Positions 23,257 through 31,818 of a stretch of DNA of 45,242 nucleotides are shown in pieces. The notes below the pieces were generated by a model, which did not search any database, had not been told where the DNA came from, and saw nothing but the letters and a program-made list of their open reading frames with translations. The translations under genes and the position numbers were made by a program. The stretch comes from a virus (lineage: Duplodnaviria; Caudoviricetes). Where the stretch lies: positions 1 to 45,242 of the IMG/VR virus record IMGVR_UViG_3300032227_000559; one strand, written 5' to 3'. The stretch's first letter is position 1; the number at the start of each line of letters is the position of its first letter.

Positions 23257-23519
23257 GCGACATCGCCCTCATCTGCACAGCATCGATTTTGCACGCCGTG
23301 ACGTTCGCGGCGGGCGTTTTGATTGGTACGAGTCTCAGAAAGGACACGAGACATGACAGCAGCAACGAAGGAACGAAAGAAGTCAAAGGCTGGCACGACC
23401 CTGTCGGCACCAGCACTCAAGGCGGCGCTAAACGCCGTGGCGGCAGCAGTGCCAGGAAAGGCAGTGCGACAGGTGCTCCAGAGCGTGCTCCTATCGGACG
23501 GAGTTCTCTCTGGGAGTGA
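23253..23519 (+). CDS. Small membrane protein
   Basis: GTGA-coupled, GAGGTG RBS; N-terminal hydrophobic helix; tail overlaps the clamp gene. Confidence 0.45.
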   Translation: MSDIALICTASILHAVTFAAGVLIGTSLRKDTRHDSSNEGTKEVKGWHDPVGTSTQGGAKRRGGSSARKGSATGAPERAPIGRSSLWE

Positions 23520-24471
23520 CGGCGAAATCCGCATCGACGTGGAGATCGACGCCCCCCCCGGCATCACGTTCCTTTTGCCGAAGGACCGGCTGCACGCCAT
23601 CCTGTCGAGCACCACGGCTGACGAAATCACGCTGACGCCTGACGGCAGCAGCTGCGTCATCGAGGCCAACCGTGGCAAGTGGACGCTGCCGACCGAGGAC
23701 GCAGCCGAGTATCCAACGTGGGAGCCGGTCGGCACCAAGCCCATCACACGGCTTCCGGCTGACCAGTTCGTCCGTGCGGTGAAAGGCGTCGTATTCTCCG
23801 CAGACACGGAGTCGAGCCGCTACGCTCTCGGTGCTGTGCTGATCGAGGTTGAAGGAGAAGTGGTCACGTTCGTCGCTACGGACGGTCGCAGGCTTTCTAG
23901 CGTCAGGTGCGAGCACGACCTTGCGGTGGACAACTCCACGACGCTGGTTCCGGCTCGGGTGATGCAGATCATCGCTCGGCTCGCGGACCAGGCCGGTGAC
24001 GACAGCGTGCAGCTGGAAGCGACCGGCAAGGAGATCGTCGCCACTGTCGGCACGGCGACTGTCACTGCGTTGCTCATGGAAGGCAGATTCCCTCGGTGGC
24101 GTGACGTGCTTCCTGAGCGTGACGTGGCGTCTACCACGGTGGAACGCTCGGCGCTGCTGGCTGCTACTCGGGCGGCTGCAATCTGCTCGTCAGAGGAATC
24201 CCGTGGCGTCGAGTACGCCTTCAGTGCGGACGGCATCTGGCTGCACGGTCAGAGCAGCGAGAAGGGCGAAGCCAGCGTGACGTGCGACATCGTCGAGGCT
24301 GGTGCCAAGGCTGGCGTGAAGCTCGATCCCGCTTTCGTCATTGAGTGGCTCGGCGGCATCGACGGCGACGAGGAGCCGACCGTCAGCATTGAGGTGGTAG
24401 ACGCTGAGTCTGCCGTCGTGCTGCGGTGTGGCGACAACACGGGCGTCATCATGCCACTGGCAAAGGACTGA
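23353..24471 (+). CDS. dnaN: DNA polymerase III beta subunit (sliding clamp)
   Basis: L.SVLL, EYP, SRYALGAVL, VATDGRRL, LVPAR, EGRFPRWRDVLP, VIMPL; 372 aa from ATG 23353. Confidence 0.9.
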   Translation: MTAATKERKKSKAGTTLSAPALKAALNAVAAAVPGKAVRQVLQSVLLSDGVLSGSDGEIRIDVEIDAPPGITFLLPKDRLHAILSSTTADEITLTPDGSSCVIEANRGKWTLPTEDAAEYPTWEPVGTKPITRLPADQFVRAVKGVVFSADTESSRYALGAVLIEVEGEVVTFVATDGRRLSSVRCEHDLAVDNSTTLVPARVMQIIARLADQAGDDSVQLEATGKEIVATVGTATVTALLMEGRFPRWRDVLPERDVASTTVERSALLAATRAAAICSSEESRGVEYAFSADGIWLHGQSSEKGEASVTCDIVEAGAKAGVKLDPAFVIEWLGGIDGDEEPTVSIEVVDAESAVVLRCGDNTGVIMPLAKD

Positions 24472-24472
24472 C

Positions 24473-24787
24473 ATGCCAAGCGGACGCGAGGTTGAATACT
24501 GCGCGGTGACACTGCATCGGCTGTGGGCTCGCGGCGACTCCTACCAAGAGATCGCCGCAGCCCTCGGCTGTTCGCAGTCGTTTGTAAGTAGGCTCAAGGA
24601 CAGGCACAAGCTGCCAAACCGCCAGAAGGCTACGAAGGACATCCTCGCGGACGATCCGACGCCAGAGGAAATCGCCGAGCGTGCGGCTGAGTGTCGAGCA
24701 CGTCGAGTGCAGCCAGAGCCAAGGGAAGAACGTGTCAGCGTGCCTCGGTACATGTGGGATGGTTTCCGCTTTCACGGGCTAACCTAG
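24473..24787 (+). CDS. HTH transcription regulator (GcrA-like N-terminus, DPTPEEI motif)
   Basis: LHRLWARGDSYQEIAAALGCSQSFVSRL....KLP.R. Confidence 0.65.
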   Translation: MPSGREVEYCAVTLHRLWARGDSYQEIAAALGCSQSFVSRLKDRHKLPNRQKATKDILADDPTPEEIAERAAECRARRVQPEPREERVSVPRYMWDGFRFHGLT

Positions 24788-24791
24788 CCGC

Positions 24792-25475
24792 ATGCGAAAA
24801 GAGAAAAAGGTGCGGCGTCAAAAAAGACCGCCACCGGTGGCACATCCAGGCGAAGGCTATACGCCTCGCACCAAGACGCAGGAAGCCGCCTTAGACACGA
24901 TTCGCCGGAACTCCATCACGTTCATTTTGGGTCCGGCTGGCACCGGCAAAACGCATCTGGCGAGCGGCTACGCGGTGCAGCAGCTGCTGGCCGGAACTGT
25001 CGAGCACATCGTCATCACCAGGCCGTCAGTTGCGACTGAGCAACTCGGCTATCTGCCGGGAACGGCTGAGGAAAAAGTCGGTCCGTACTTAATTCCTTTT
25101 TTCGATGCCATTGAGCGGATTGCCGGTCGCAAGGGTCACACGAAGGACCGCGAAAGAGTCGGTGCGGCAGTCAAGATTGCACCGCTGGCGTATCTGCGTG
25201 GCAGGACGTTCCGCAACAGCATCATCATCCTTGACGAGGCGCAGAACACCACGTTCTCGCAGCTGAAGTTGTTCCTGACGAGGATCGGCGAAGGCTCCAA
25301 GGTCATCGTCACTGGCGACGCCGACCAGAGCGATCTGCCACGCAGCGAGCGACGTCTGATTGACGTCATGCAGCGCCTTGCGGCGATCAAAGGCGTTGGC
25401 GTCGTTGAGTTCGCAGCCAGCGACATCGTGCGGCATCCAATCATCGAGAACGTGCTCAAAGAGTTGGAACGCTGA
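24792..25475 (+). CDS. phoH: PhoH family ATPase
   Basis: GPAGTGKT, ITRP, LGYLPG, PLAYLRGRTF, ILDEAQN, LTRIG, TGD.DQSDL, DIVRH. Confidence 0.95.
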   Translation: MRKEKKVRRQKRPPPVAHPGEGYTPRTKTQEAALDTIRRNSITFILGPAGTGKTHLASGYAVQQLLAGTVEHIVITRPSVATEQLGYLPGTAEEKVGPYLIPFFDAIERIAGRKGHTKDRERVGAAVKIAPLAYLRGRTFRNSIIILDEAQNTTFSQLKLFLTRIGEGSKVIVTGDADQSDLPRSERRLIDVMQRLAAIKGVGVVEFAASDIVRHPIIENVLKELER

Positions 25476-25478
25476 TTC

Positions 25479-25499
25479 GCTTGACGCCTCGCCTACCGT
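25479..25499 (+). promoter_or_regulatory. Putative compact promoter, class C (TTGACG-N7-TACCGT)
   Basis: Intergenic; same geometry as 10635 and 26071. Confidence 0.45.
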
Positions 25500-25546
25500 G
25501 AGGTCATCGGACGCAGGAGCGTCCCGACCTCGAAGGAGCGAAAGGT

Positions 25547-25867
25547 ATGCAACGGATTGTCTTGGCGATTCTTCTGGCGTTCTGTGGCGTCGTGGCTCGG
25601 GCTGACGGTGTGGTGATCAATGCGCGACGGGTGACGATCACGTCGGCACAGCAGGACGCAGAGGCGATGGCGCGTACTGGCGTGCTGCGTCACTGCGGCA
25701 CGGCTGGTGGAAGGCGAGAGGGCATCGGATTCTCAACGCGATCGGCGCAGCAGGCGATTGAGTCGTCGTGCTTCTACTCCGACGCCATGCGCGGACGCTA
25801 CAGAATCGTCGAGCGTGGTGTTGCGCGTGGCCCGCGCGGATGGTTCGCTGTCATCCGCTACGAGTGA
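25547..25867 (+). CDS. Secreted CAP/SCP-like small protein
   Basis: Signal peptide ending ARA; AQQ.AE.MAR.G.L.H...E.IG...GVA.G..GW pattern of minimal CAP domains. Confidence 0.55.
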   Translation: MQRIVLAILLAFCGVVARADGVVINARRVTITSAQQDAEAMARTGVLRHCGTAGGRREGIGFSTRSAQQAIESSCFYSDAMRGRYRIVERGVARGPRGWFAVIRYE

Positions 25868-25869
25868 AC

Positions 25870-26076
25870 ATGGCACGCAGTGAGTGGATCACGGTCGAGT
25901 TCCTCGGCGGCCCACTGGACGGCGCTCTGCGGCCCGTCCAAGTGGGCGTCGCCGTTTACTACCTCGCGAACGGTGCTGTGATCCATGCGTATGCGTTGGA
26001 CGAGATCCACGAAGGTCACTGCGTGCGTCAGGTGATGCGGCACTTCGAGATCATGCAGTCGTCGAGGTTTGCTTGA
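25870..26076 (+). CDS. Hypothetical protein (FLGGPLDG motif)
   Basis: ATG 25870; 68 aa. Confidence 0.6.
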   Translation: MARSEWITVEFLGGPLDGALRPVQVGVAVYYLANGAVIHAYALDEIHEGHCVRQVMRHFEIMQSSRFA

Positions 26077-26091
26077 CACGCTCGCGATGCT
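26071..26091 (+). promoter_or_regulatory. Putative compact promoter, class C (TTGACA-N7-GATGCT), leaderless
   Basis: ATG 26098 lies 6 nt after the hexamer with no RBS. Confidence 0.45.
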
Positions 26092-26097
26092 GCGTGC

Positions 26098-26496
26098 ATG
26101 CGACCAATCACGTTCACTGTGCCGGGCAAGCCCATTCCGCAGCCAAGGCAGCGAACCACAAAAAGCGGGCACACTTACTACCCGGACAACGGGATACGTG
26201 AGTACCGCGATGCTGTAGCACTGGCAGCGAGAGCCGCAGGAGCAACGCCGACAGATGAACTTCCCCTCACGATGATTGTCGATTGGGTGTTCGAGCGCCC
26301 CAAGAGCCACTTCCGCAAGGACGGCACCCTACGGCCTGGCGTTCCGATGCTTCCTCGCGGCGACAACAAGAACTTGTTGAGCGGCGTCGAGGACGCTCTC
26401 AACGGGATCGCATACGTCGATGATCACCAGATCGGAAAGCATCTGCTTGATCGCTCGTATGGGAATGAAGCACGAACGACAGTGAGGCTACAGTGA
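26098..26496 (+). CDS. rusA: RusA family Holliday junction resolvase
   Basis: FTVPGKP.PQPR, F.RPKS, D..NL...V.DALNGI.Y.DD.QI. Confidence 0.88.
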   Translation: MRPITFTVPGKPIPQPRQRTTKSGHTYYPDNGIREYRDAVALAARAAGATPTDELPLTMIVDWVFERPKSHFRKDGTLRPGVPMLPRGDNKNLLSGVEDALNGIAYVDDHQIGKHLLDRSYGNEARTTVRLQ

Positions 26497-26909
26497 ACCA
26501 AGTGACGACCACGACTGTCGATGGGCTTGCCAAGATTGACTTGCTGGCGATTCGCTCCAGGCTGACAAAGCCCGGCAGCGACTTTCAGATCGAGGTCGCC
26601 ACGGTAATGCGTGGTGACGGCAGCAGCTGCACGCCGATTGCCGTGTGGCACATCGACGGCGCTATGGTCGGCTGGGCTTGTTCGCATGTGTGGCGAGCGA
26701 TGCAGACGTTGGAGCAGTACGTGGAGGAGCGGTATCGCAACACCGGAAAGGCAACGGCACTGGCTGCGGTGCTGGTAGGTGCTGGAACAATCGACATCCG
26801 CAAGCCCCTCGCTGTGTTCTCGCCAGCCACAGCCGAGATCGCACGAAAACTCGGGTGTGCTGAGGTAGTGCTATTCCAGCGTTCTGGAAGCGAATGGGCC
26901 GAGGTGTGA
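26493..26909 (+). CDS. GNAT-like acetyltransferase
   Basis: G.MVGWA and YVEERYRNTGKATAL (acetyl-CoA binding motif A-like). Confidence 0.65.
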   Translation: MNQVTTTTVDGLAKIDLLAIRSRLTKPGSDFQIEVATVMRGDGSSCTPIAVWHIDGAMVGWACSHVWRAMQTLEQYVEERYRNTGKATALAAVLVGAGTIDIRKPLAVFSPATAEIARKLGCAEVVLFQRSGSEWAEV

Positions 26910-26913
26910 GCAG

Positions 26914-27549
26914 ATGCAGTCTCTGATCCTGACAGGCTGGAGCGGTGCCACGCACGCCGCGATGGCAGGACACACCGCGCCGCTGATGGAAGCGTATGCC
27001 CAGCGGCACGGCCACGACTTCATTTCCTTGAGCCTCATTGGCGAGCGACCGGCGTCGTGGCAAAAGCTCCCGGCGATGCACGCGGCCCTCAAAGCGTATG
27101 ACGTTGTCTGCTGGCTCGACGTTGATGTCGTGATCGCACGGCCGGACGCTGACATCATTGCGCAACTACAGCCGGGCAAGTGCCAAGCGGTCGTCGAGCA
27201 TCTCACCGAGTGCGGGAGAGTGCCCAACTGCGGAGTGTGGATCGTGTCGAAGGACATGATGCCGACGCTGCAGCAAGCGTGGGTTGACGGCGCGGAGTTC
27301 GTCTACCACCCGTGGTGGGAGCAAGCCGCGATCATGCGGTTGATGGGCTACGTCATCGGGCCTGGGCCACACGGAAAACTTGACAGCCCGACAAGACTCT
27401 ACGAGCAGACGACGTTTTTGCCGCCGGTCTGGAACCACCACCCCGGCGACAGAAACAAGCCCGACAAACCGCACTTCGTCCACGTGACGCAATACGATGA
27501 CAGACTCAGCCTCATTGCCAAGCTCGCCAAAATTGCAGCGGGTGCCTAA
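26914..27549 (+). CDS. Glycosyltransferase, GT34 (GMA12/MNN10)-like
   Basis: YAQRHGHD, SWQKL, WLDVDVVI (DxD), NCGVWIV, WEQAAI, FVH. Confidence 0.8.
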   Translation: MQSLILTGWSGATHAAMAGHTAPLMEAYAQRHGHDFISLSLIGERPASWQKLPAMHAALKAYDVVCWLDVDVVIARPDADIIAQLQPGKCQAVVEHLTECGRVPNCGVWIVSKDMMPTLQQAWVDGAEFVYHPWWEQAAIMRLMGYVIGPGPHGKLDSPTRLYEQTTFLPPVWNHHPGDRNKPDKPHFVHVTQYDDRLSLIAKLAKIAAGA

Positions 27550-28369
27550 CCATCTCATCTACCCGCTCGACTACTTCGCGCTTGACTTCACATGGGTGCA
27601 TTCCAACGGCGTCAGTGCGTGGGCTGATGCCGACGTGGCTATCGTTGGGCTGGCGAGGAACTGCGGGAAGTGGCTCGACGCCAATCTCGCGCGGCTCTTG
27701 CTGCTGGTTGGGGACTGCCGATCGTGGCGGCTTCACATCGCCACCAACGACAACACCGACGATACGGAAACGGTGCTGACGAACTTCTGCGGTGTCTACC
27801 CTCAGGCGACGTTCAACACGCAGACGCTCAACCGGCAGCAGTTCTCGGCAGAGTTTGCTGGCCCGCGAACGGTCGCCCTGGCTGAGTACCGCACCGCGTG
27901 CCAAGAGTGGGTGCGGCAGCACTGCTCAGACTCGACGTACACGCTCGTCATCGACTGGGACGCTTGGGGCGGCTGGAGCCACGCTGGCGTGATGCACGGC
28001 GTTGGCTCGCTGGCGACGATTGATGATGCCTACGGCATGGCGAGCGTGTCGATCATGGAGCATGGGCCGACTAAATCCTGGCTGCACTACGACGCATGGG
28101 CACTGCGGCTCAATTCGACCTTCGATGACTACACCGCAGGCTTAGGCGGCTGGAAGCATTCGTGGGTGCCGCCGGTCGGCTCACCGCCGATCCCGGTCTG
28201 CTCTGCGTTCGGTGGGCTGGCGATCTACGAGACGCAGGCATACCTCGCGGGAACGTATGACGGCTCGGACTGCGAGCACGTCGGCCTGCATGCGACGATT
28301 GCCGAGAGGACAGGGCATCGGTTGTACCTCGACCCGGCGATGCGTTCTGTGATGTATTGGCTGGAGTGA
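27497..28369 (+). CDS. Glycosyltransferase, GT-A fold, CAP59/GT69-like
   Basis: GLARNC, ND.TD.T, LAEYR, IDWD (DxD), YDAWALR, V.SAFGGLAIY, CEHV; true start may be GTG 27542. Confidence 0.75.
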   Translation: MTDSASLPSSPKLQRVPNHLIYPLDYFALDFTWVHSNGVSAWADADVAIVGLARNCGKWLDANLARLLLLVGDCRSWRLHIATNDNTDDTETVLTNFCGVYPQATFNTQTLNRQQFSAEFAGPRTVALAEYRTACQEWVRQHCSDSTYTLVIDWDAWGGWSHAGVMHGVGSLATIDDAYGMASVSIMEHGPTKSWLHYDAWALRLNSTFDDYTAGLGGWKHSWVPPVGSPPIPVCSAFGGLAIYETQAYLAGTYDGSDCEHVGLHATIAERTGHRLYLDPAMRSVMYWLE

Positions 28370-28374
28370 GACCT

Positions 28375-28734
28375 ATGGCAGGCATCACCGCAACCATCAG
28401 CATCGAGGCGTTCGCAGCAGACTGGGCTACGCACATGCCGATCGCTGACCTCTGCACTCGTTTCACGATTACTAAGGACCAAGTGCTGCGCCTGCGCGAT
28501 GTGTGGAATCTTCCGCTGCGAAACGACAGGCGGCTGCGATTCAAACCGGCTCGTGGCGAGTCTGTTGACCCGACGCCAAGCGAGATCCGCAAGGCGTGCT
28601 TGGAGATTCAGTCGCGCTGGGATGACAGAACGCGAAACGAGCGGCAAGTGGTCAAGGCCACGCAGTTCGTTTTGAAACGCATTGAACTGACGAACGAAGC
28701 ACGCGAGGCAATGGAAGGGTTCGCCGATGAGTGA
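28375..28734 (+). CDS. HTH-like protein with DPTPSEI motif (paralog of 24473)
   Basis: W....I.DLC..F.ITKDQV.RL....NLP.R...DPTPSEIRKAC.EIQ.RW. Confidence 0.6.
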   Translation: MAGITATISIEAFAADWATHMPIADLCTRFTITKDQVLRLRDVWNLPLRNDRRLRFKPARGESVDPTPSEIRKACLEIQSRWDDRTRNERQVVKATQFVLKRIELTNEAREAMEGFADE

Positions 28735-28984
28735 GCGACCCGACGGCATCGAGCGTCGAATCGTCGTCGAGTACGGACGGCGGTACGTCTACCTGACCCT
28801 GCAGGATGTAGACGGAAAGATCATCAACGGGCGCGAGGAAGTGTTCACGCAGCCTTTTGTGCTCACCAAAAAAGAATCGTGGCAGGAGGCCGACGACTGC
28901 TGGCAGGACGTGTACCAGTGGCTGCTAGACGTGATCGTCTGGCCTCTGCCAGACAGCCAGGGTGATTCGCCAGAATCGAAGTGA
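28727..28984 (+). CDS. Hypothetical protein
   Basis: Overlapping start; 85 aa. Confidence 0.6.
   Translation: MSERPDGIERRIVVEYGRRYVYLTLQDVDGKIINGREEVFTQPFVLTKKESWQEADDCWQDVYQWLLDVIVWPLPDSQGDSPESK
28944..28976 (+). promoter_or_regulatory. Putative late promoter, class L (TCTGCCAG-N18-CAGAAT)
   Basis: Same upstream octamer and spacing as 5376; precedes the membrane/protease cluster. Confidence 0.45.
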
Positions 28985-29009
28985 GTCGTTCCGCTCCCCG
29001 AGGTGTCCG

Positions 29010-29366
29010 ATGGTGTCATCCGAAAACACACTACCGGCGTTCGTCGTCGCGGCGCAGCGTTTCCTTGACTCGGCCCGCGAGCAAGCCCGCGACGGTCTGA
29101 CGTGGCCTGAGTTCGGCTCGCTGGTTGCGTCGCTTGTCAGGCTTGCGGTCGAGATGCTGGACACCGTTCAGACGCTGACAGGGCCGCAGAAGCGTGACAT
29201 CGTGCTGGAGTCTGTCGGCGTGCTGTTCGATTCTCTGGCGGTCGCGTGCGTGCCGATGAGCGTGTACCCGTTCTGGTTCATCGTGAGGGCACCGGCTCGG
29301 GCGTTGGTCGTTGCTATCGCCGCCGGGACGATTGAGACAATCCTTCCACTCGTGAGAGCACAATGA
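29010..29366 (+). CDS. Membrane-associated protein (possible holin-like)
   Basis: GAGGTG RBS before ATG 29010; LTG.QK...V pattern; hydrophobic C-terminal half. Confidence 0.5.
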   Translation: MVSSENTLPAFVVAAQRFLDSAREQARDGLTWPEFGSLVASLVRLAVEMLDTVQTLTGPQKRDIVLESVGVLFDSLAVACVPMSVYPFWFIVRAPARALVVAIAAGTIETILPLVRAQ

Positions 29367-29917
29367 TTACAGCCATCCTTCTCGCGTTTGCCTTGTACGC
29401 TCTCGCTGGGCAGCAGATCACCGAGCGGGTGCAGGCGTGGTACGCCACGGCAAGCAAGCCCAGCATCGACGGAAAGCACCTCGCGGTGGTTGCCTTGCTC
29501 GTCGCTGCTGCGATTGCGTTCATGCCCGGCAAGTCAGCGCCGACGCCGCAGCCTGCACCAGTGCCGCCGGATGCGTTCAGCCTGCGTGGAAAGTTCATCG
29601 GCCCGACTGCGGCAGAAGATGCGGCGACGATGTCAGCGTTGTGCGCAGAGCTTGCAGACTGCATCGAGTACGACGGCAAGCACGACCAGCGGCTTAAGAC
29701 TGGCATCGCGTTTGATGACTTGCGGATTGCCGCCCGTGAGATGCGATGCCGTGGCGAGAGCATCGGTGCTCGTCAGCCGCAGGTGCGGGACAGCGTCCAC
29801 AAGTTTCTCGACGACGCTGTCGGCTCGTCTGGCGGGCCTGTGACGACTGAGAGCCGGGCAGCATGGGTGACTGCTTTGCGTGACCTTGCGAGGGCTGCTG
29901 CCGATGTCACGAGATAA
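29363..29917 (+). CDS. Membrane protein, two hydrophobic segments, Pro-rich linker and exported domain
   Basis: ATGA-coupled; PTPQPAPVPP linker. Confidence 0.65.
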   Translation: MITAILLAFALYALAGQQITERVQAWYATASKPSIDGKHLAVVALLVAAAIAFMPGKSAPTPQPAPVPPDAFSLRGKFIGPTAAEDAATMSALCAELADCIEYDGKHDQRLKTGIAFDDLRIAAREMRCRGESIGARQPQVRDSVHKFLDDAVGSSGGPVTTESRAAWVTALRDLARAAADVTR

Positions 29918-31040
29918 CCAGTGGTCGATATCTGCCGTCGCATTCGTCATCGTGATGGCGATCTTGTCAACGCTCGTGACGCAAGCCACGAGCAAGGTCG
30001 TCACGCGGGCCGACGGTCAGTTTGGATACGTGCCAGATCCTGTCGGAACGCGACAGTTTCTTGCGGAATTGGATCAGCCGCTTTTCTCTGACGCTGGCAA
30101 AGACGTCATCCAAAACGCCAAGCAGAAAGACACGTTTCTGTATCGATACGCAGACCGTGCTCACCGCCAGGTGTACGGCAAGCCGTTCGGCCCGTGGAAG
30201 CAGGGAATTGGGGACTGTGTCAGCTTTGGTTGGTCGATGGGAAGTTACGTCGGGCAGTGTGTGGATTGGGCAGAAGGCGAATTGCCAGAGCCGCCGAAGC
30301 TTGTCGCGACTGAAGCGATCTACAGCGGATCGAGGACCGCCGGGCGTCTTCCGCCTGTCAGTCAGGCGGGATTTTCAGACGGCTCATACGGCGGTGCAGC
30401 TGCGCGCTGGGTGGCAGGCAAATGCAAAGACCCAAGCGTCGGTGGCATTCTTTTTCGCCAGCAGTATCCCGGTGCTGACCTGACGACATACAGCTCAGCC
30501 AGGGCGAAGGAGTGGGGCAACGTCTTGTGCGGCGGCGGTGCCAACGGGATGGCACTTGCCAAGATTGCAAATAAAAACACTGCCACAAACGTCGCCCTCG
30601 TACGAAATTTTGACGAGGCGGCTGCAAGTTTGGAAAGTGGCTTTTGTGTCCCAGTTTGCAGCGGGGTTGGCTTCTCGTCGCAGCGTGACGCTGACGGCTT
30701 CGCACCTCGGAGCGGCTCGTGGGCTCACTGCATGTGCTTTGTCGCTGTGCGGTACGCCAAGAACGAGGGCAAGCGTGACGGGCTGCTGTGCATGAACTCG
30801 TGGGGCGTCTTCAACACTGGACCGAAGTGGCCCTCGGACCAGCCAGACGGATCGTTCTGGGTGAGCCGCGAGACCGTTGACGCGATGCTCTCTGGGCAAG
30901 ACTCGTTCAGCATCAGCGGCGTGAACTTCAAGTATCGCAACCTTGACCACGGTGGGTGGCTGCAGCCAGCGCCGCCTGATGAGGCTCGCACGCCGTCGCC
31001 CGCTCGACTCATCGCTGACACGTTCCAACTCGCACAGTAG
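29904..31040 (+). CDS. Membrane-anchored papain-like (C1) cysteine peptidase
   Basis: N-terminal anchor; QGIGDCVSFG (oxyanion Q, catalytic C), WAHCM (H), MNSWG (N), GSFWV. Confidence 0.8.
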   Translation: MSRDNQWSISAVAFVIVMAILSTLVTQATSKVVTRADGQFGYVPDPVGTRQFLAELDQPLFSDAGKDVIQNAKQKDTFLYRYADRAHRQVYGKPFGPWKQGIGDCVSFGWSMGSYVGQCVDWAEGELPEPPKLVATEAIYSGSRTAGRLPPVSQAGFSDGSYGGAAARWVAGKCKDPSVGGILFRQQYPGADLTTYSSARAKEWGNVLCGGGANGMALAKIANKNTATNVALVRNFDEAAASLESGFCVPVCSGVGFSSQRDADGFAPRSGSWAHCMCFVAVRYAKNEGKRDGLLCMNSWGVFNTGPKWPSDQPDGSFWVSRETVDAMLSGQDSFSISGVNFKYRNLDHGGWLQPAPPDEARTPSPARLIADTFQLAQ

Positions 31041-31049
31041 GAGACGCTC

Positions 31050-31277
31050 ATGGGTTTGCTGTTGTGGCTCGTGTTCGGTGCCATCGTCGGCGGTGTCGCC
31101 AAGTGGCTCTACCCTGGCAAATGCCCGGAGGGATGGATGCCAACTATCGGAATTGGAATCGTTGGTTCGCTCGCTGGAGGTCTGCCGTTTGGTGACGCAC
31201 CGGCTGGGCTTGTCGGCAGCGTGATCGGTGCCGTTGCTGTGATGTTCGCCTACTCGCTGTGGAGTGACGACCGATGA
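31050..31277 (+). CDS. GlsB/YeaQ/YmgE (transglycosylase-associated) membrane protein
   Basis: WLVFGAIVG.VAKWL.PG....G...TI.IGIVGS..GG...GLVGSVIGA; AGGAG RBS. Confidence 0.85.
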   Translation: MGLLLWLVFGAIVGGVAKWLYPGKCPEGWMPTIGIGIVGSLAGGLPFGDAPAGLVGSVIGAVAVMFAYSLWSDDR

Positions 31278-31543
31278 GCAAGAGAGAACTTCAGACCGCC
31301 GTCGTCGTCGGCTTGGTGACCGTCATTCTCACGTGGTGGGCAGCGACATCCGACTACTCGCCGGTCAAGCCAGAGTCGCAGCCGCAGCGGCCTGTGCTGC
31401 GATTCGTTCAGAGGCTCGCGCGGCTGGGCCTGTGGGCGATGATGTTCGCAGAGCAGCCACCGGCAGCCGAGCAGGCGTATGTCGTCCACGCTCGCGTTGA
31501 CGAGCACGGCAATCGGGTTCTCAATCACGGGCAAGGGTGGTAA
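31274..31543 (+). CDS. Membrane protein
   Basis: ATGA-coupled; N-terminal TM segment. Confidence 0.6.
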   Translation: MSKRELQTAVVVGLVTVILTWWAATSDYSPVKPESQPQRPVLRFVQRLARLGLWAMMFAEQPPAAEQAYVVHARVDEHGNRVLNHGQGW

Positions 31544-31545
31544 TC

Positions 31546-31818
31546 ATGTGGCAGTACATCCTCTCGGTACTGGCGTCGCTCGCCGCTGACCCTGCACAGA
31601 TTGATCGTGAGGCACCTAGAGCCTCGGCGGCGGTCTCGGCAGCTTATGCCACCACGTCACATGAGAAGGCTCCACAGCCGCAGCCAGAGCCAGCACCGCC
31701 CAAGCCAGGCTGCTGCACGGACTGCGGCGGGCGTGGCTACATCGTTCACGGCGACGGGCACAAGACGGCGTGCCCATGCCCGGCATCGTGCCATTGCAAG
31801 GCAGGAGGCGACAAGTGA
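31546..31818 (+). CDS. Small exported protein with Cys-rich CxxCxGxG tail
   Basis: CCTDCGGRG....GDGH...CPC...C.C. Confidence 0.6.
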   Translation: MWQYILSVLASLAADPAQIDREAPRASAAVSAAYATTSHEKAPQPQPEPAPPKPGCCTDCGGRGYIVHGDGHKTACPCPASCHCKAGGDK

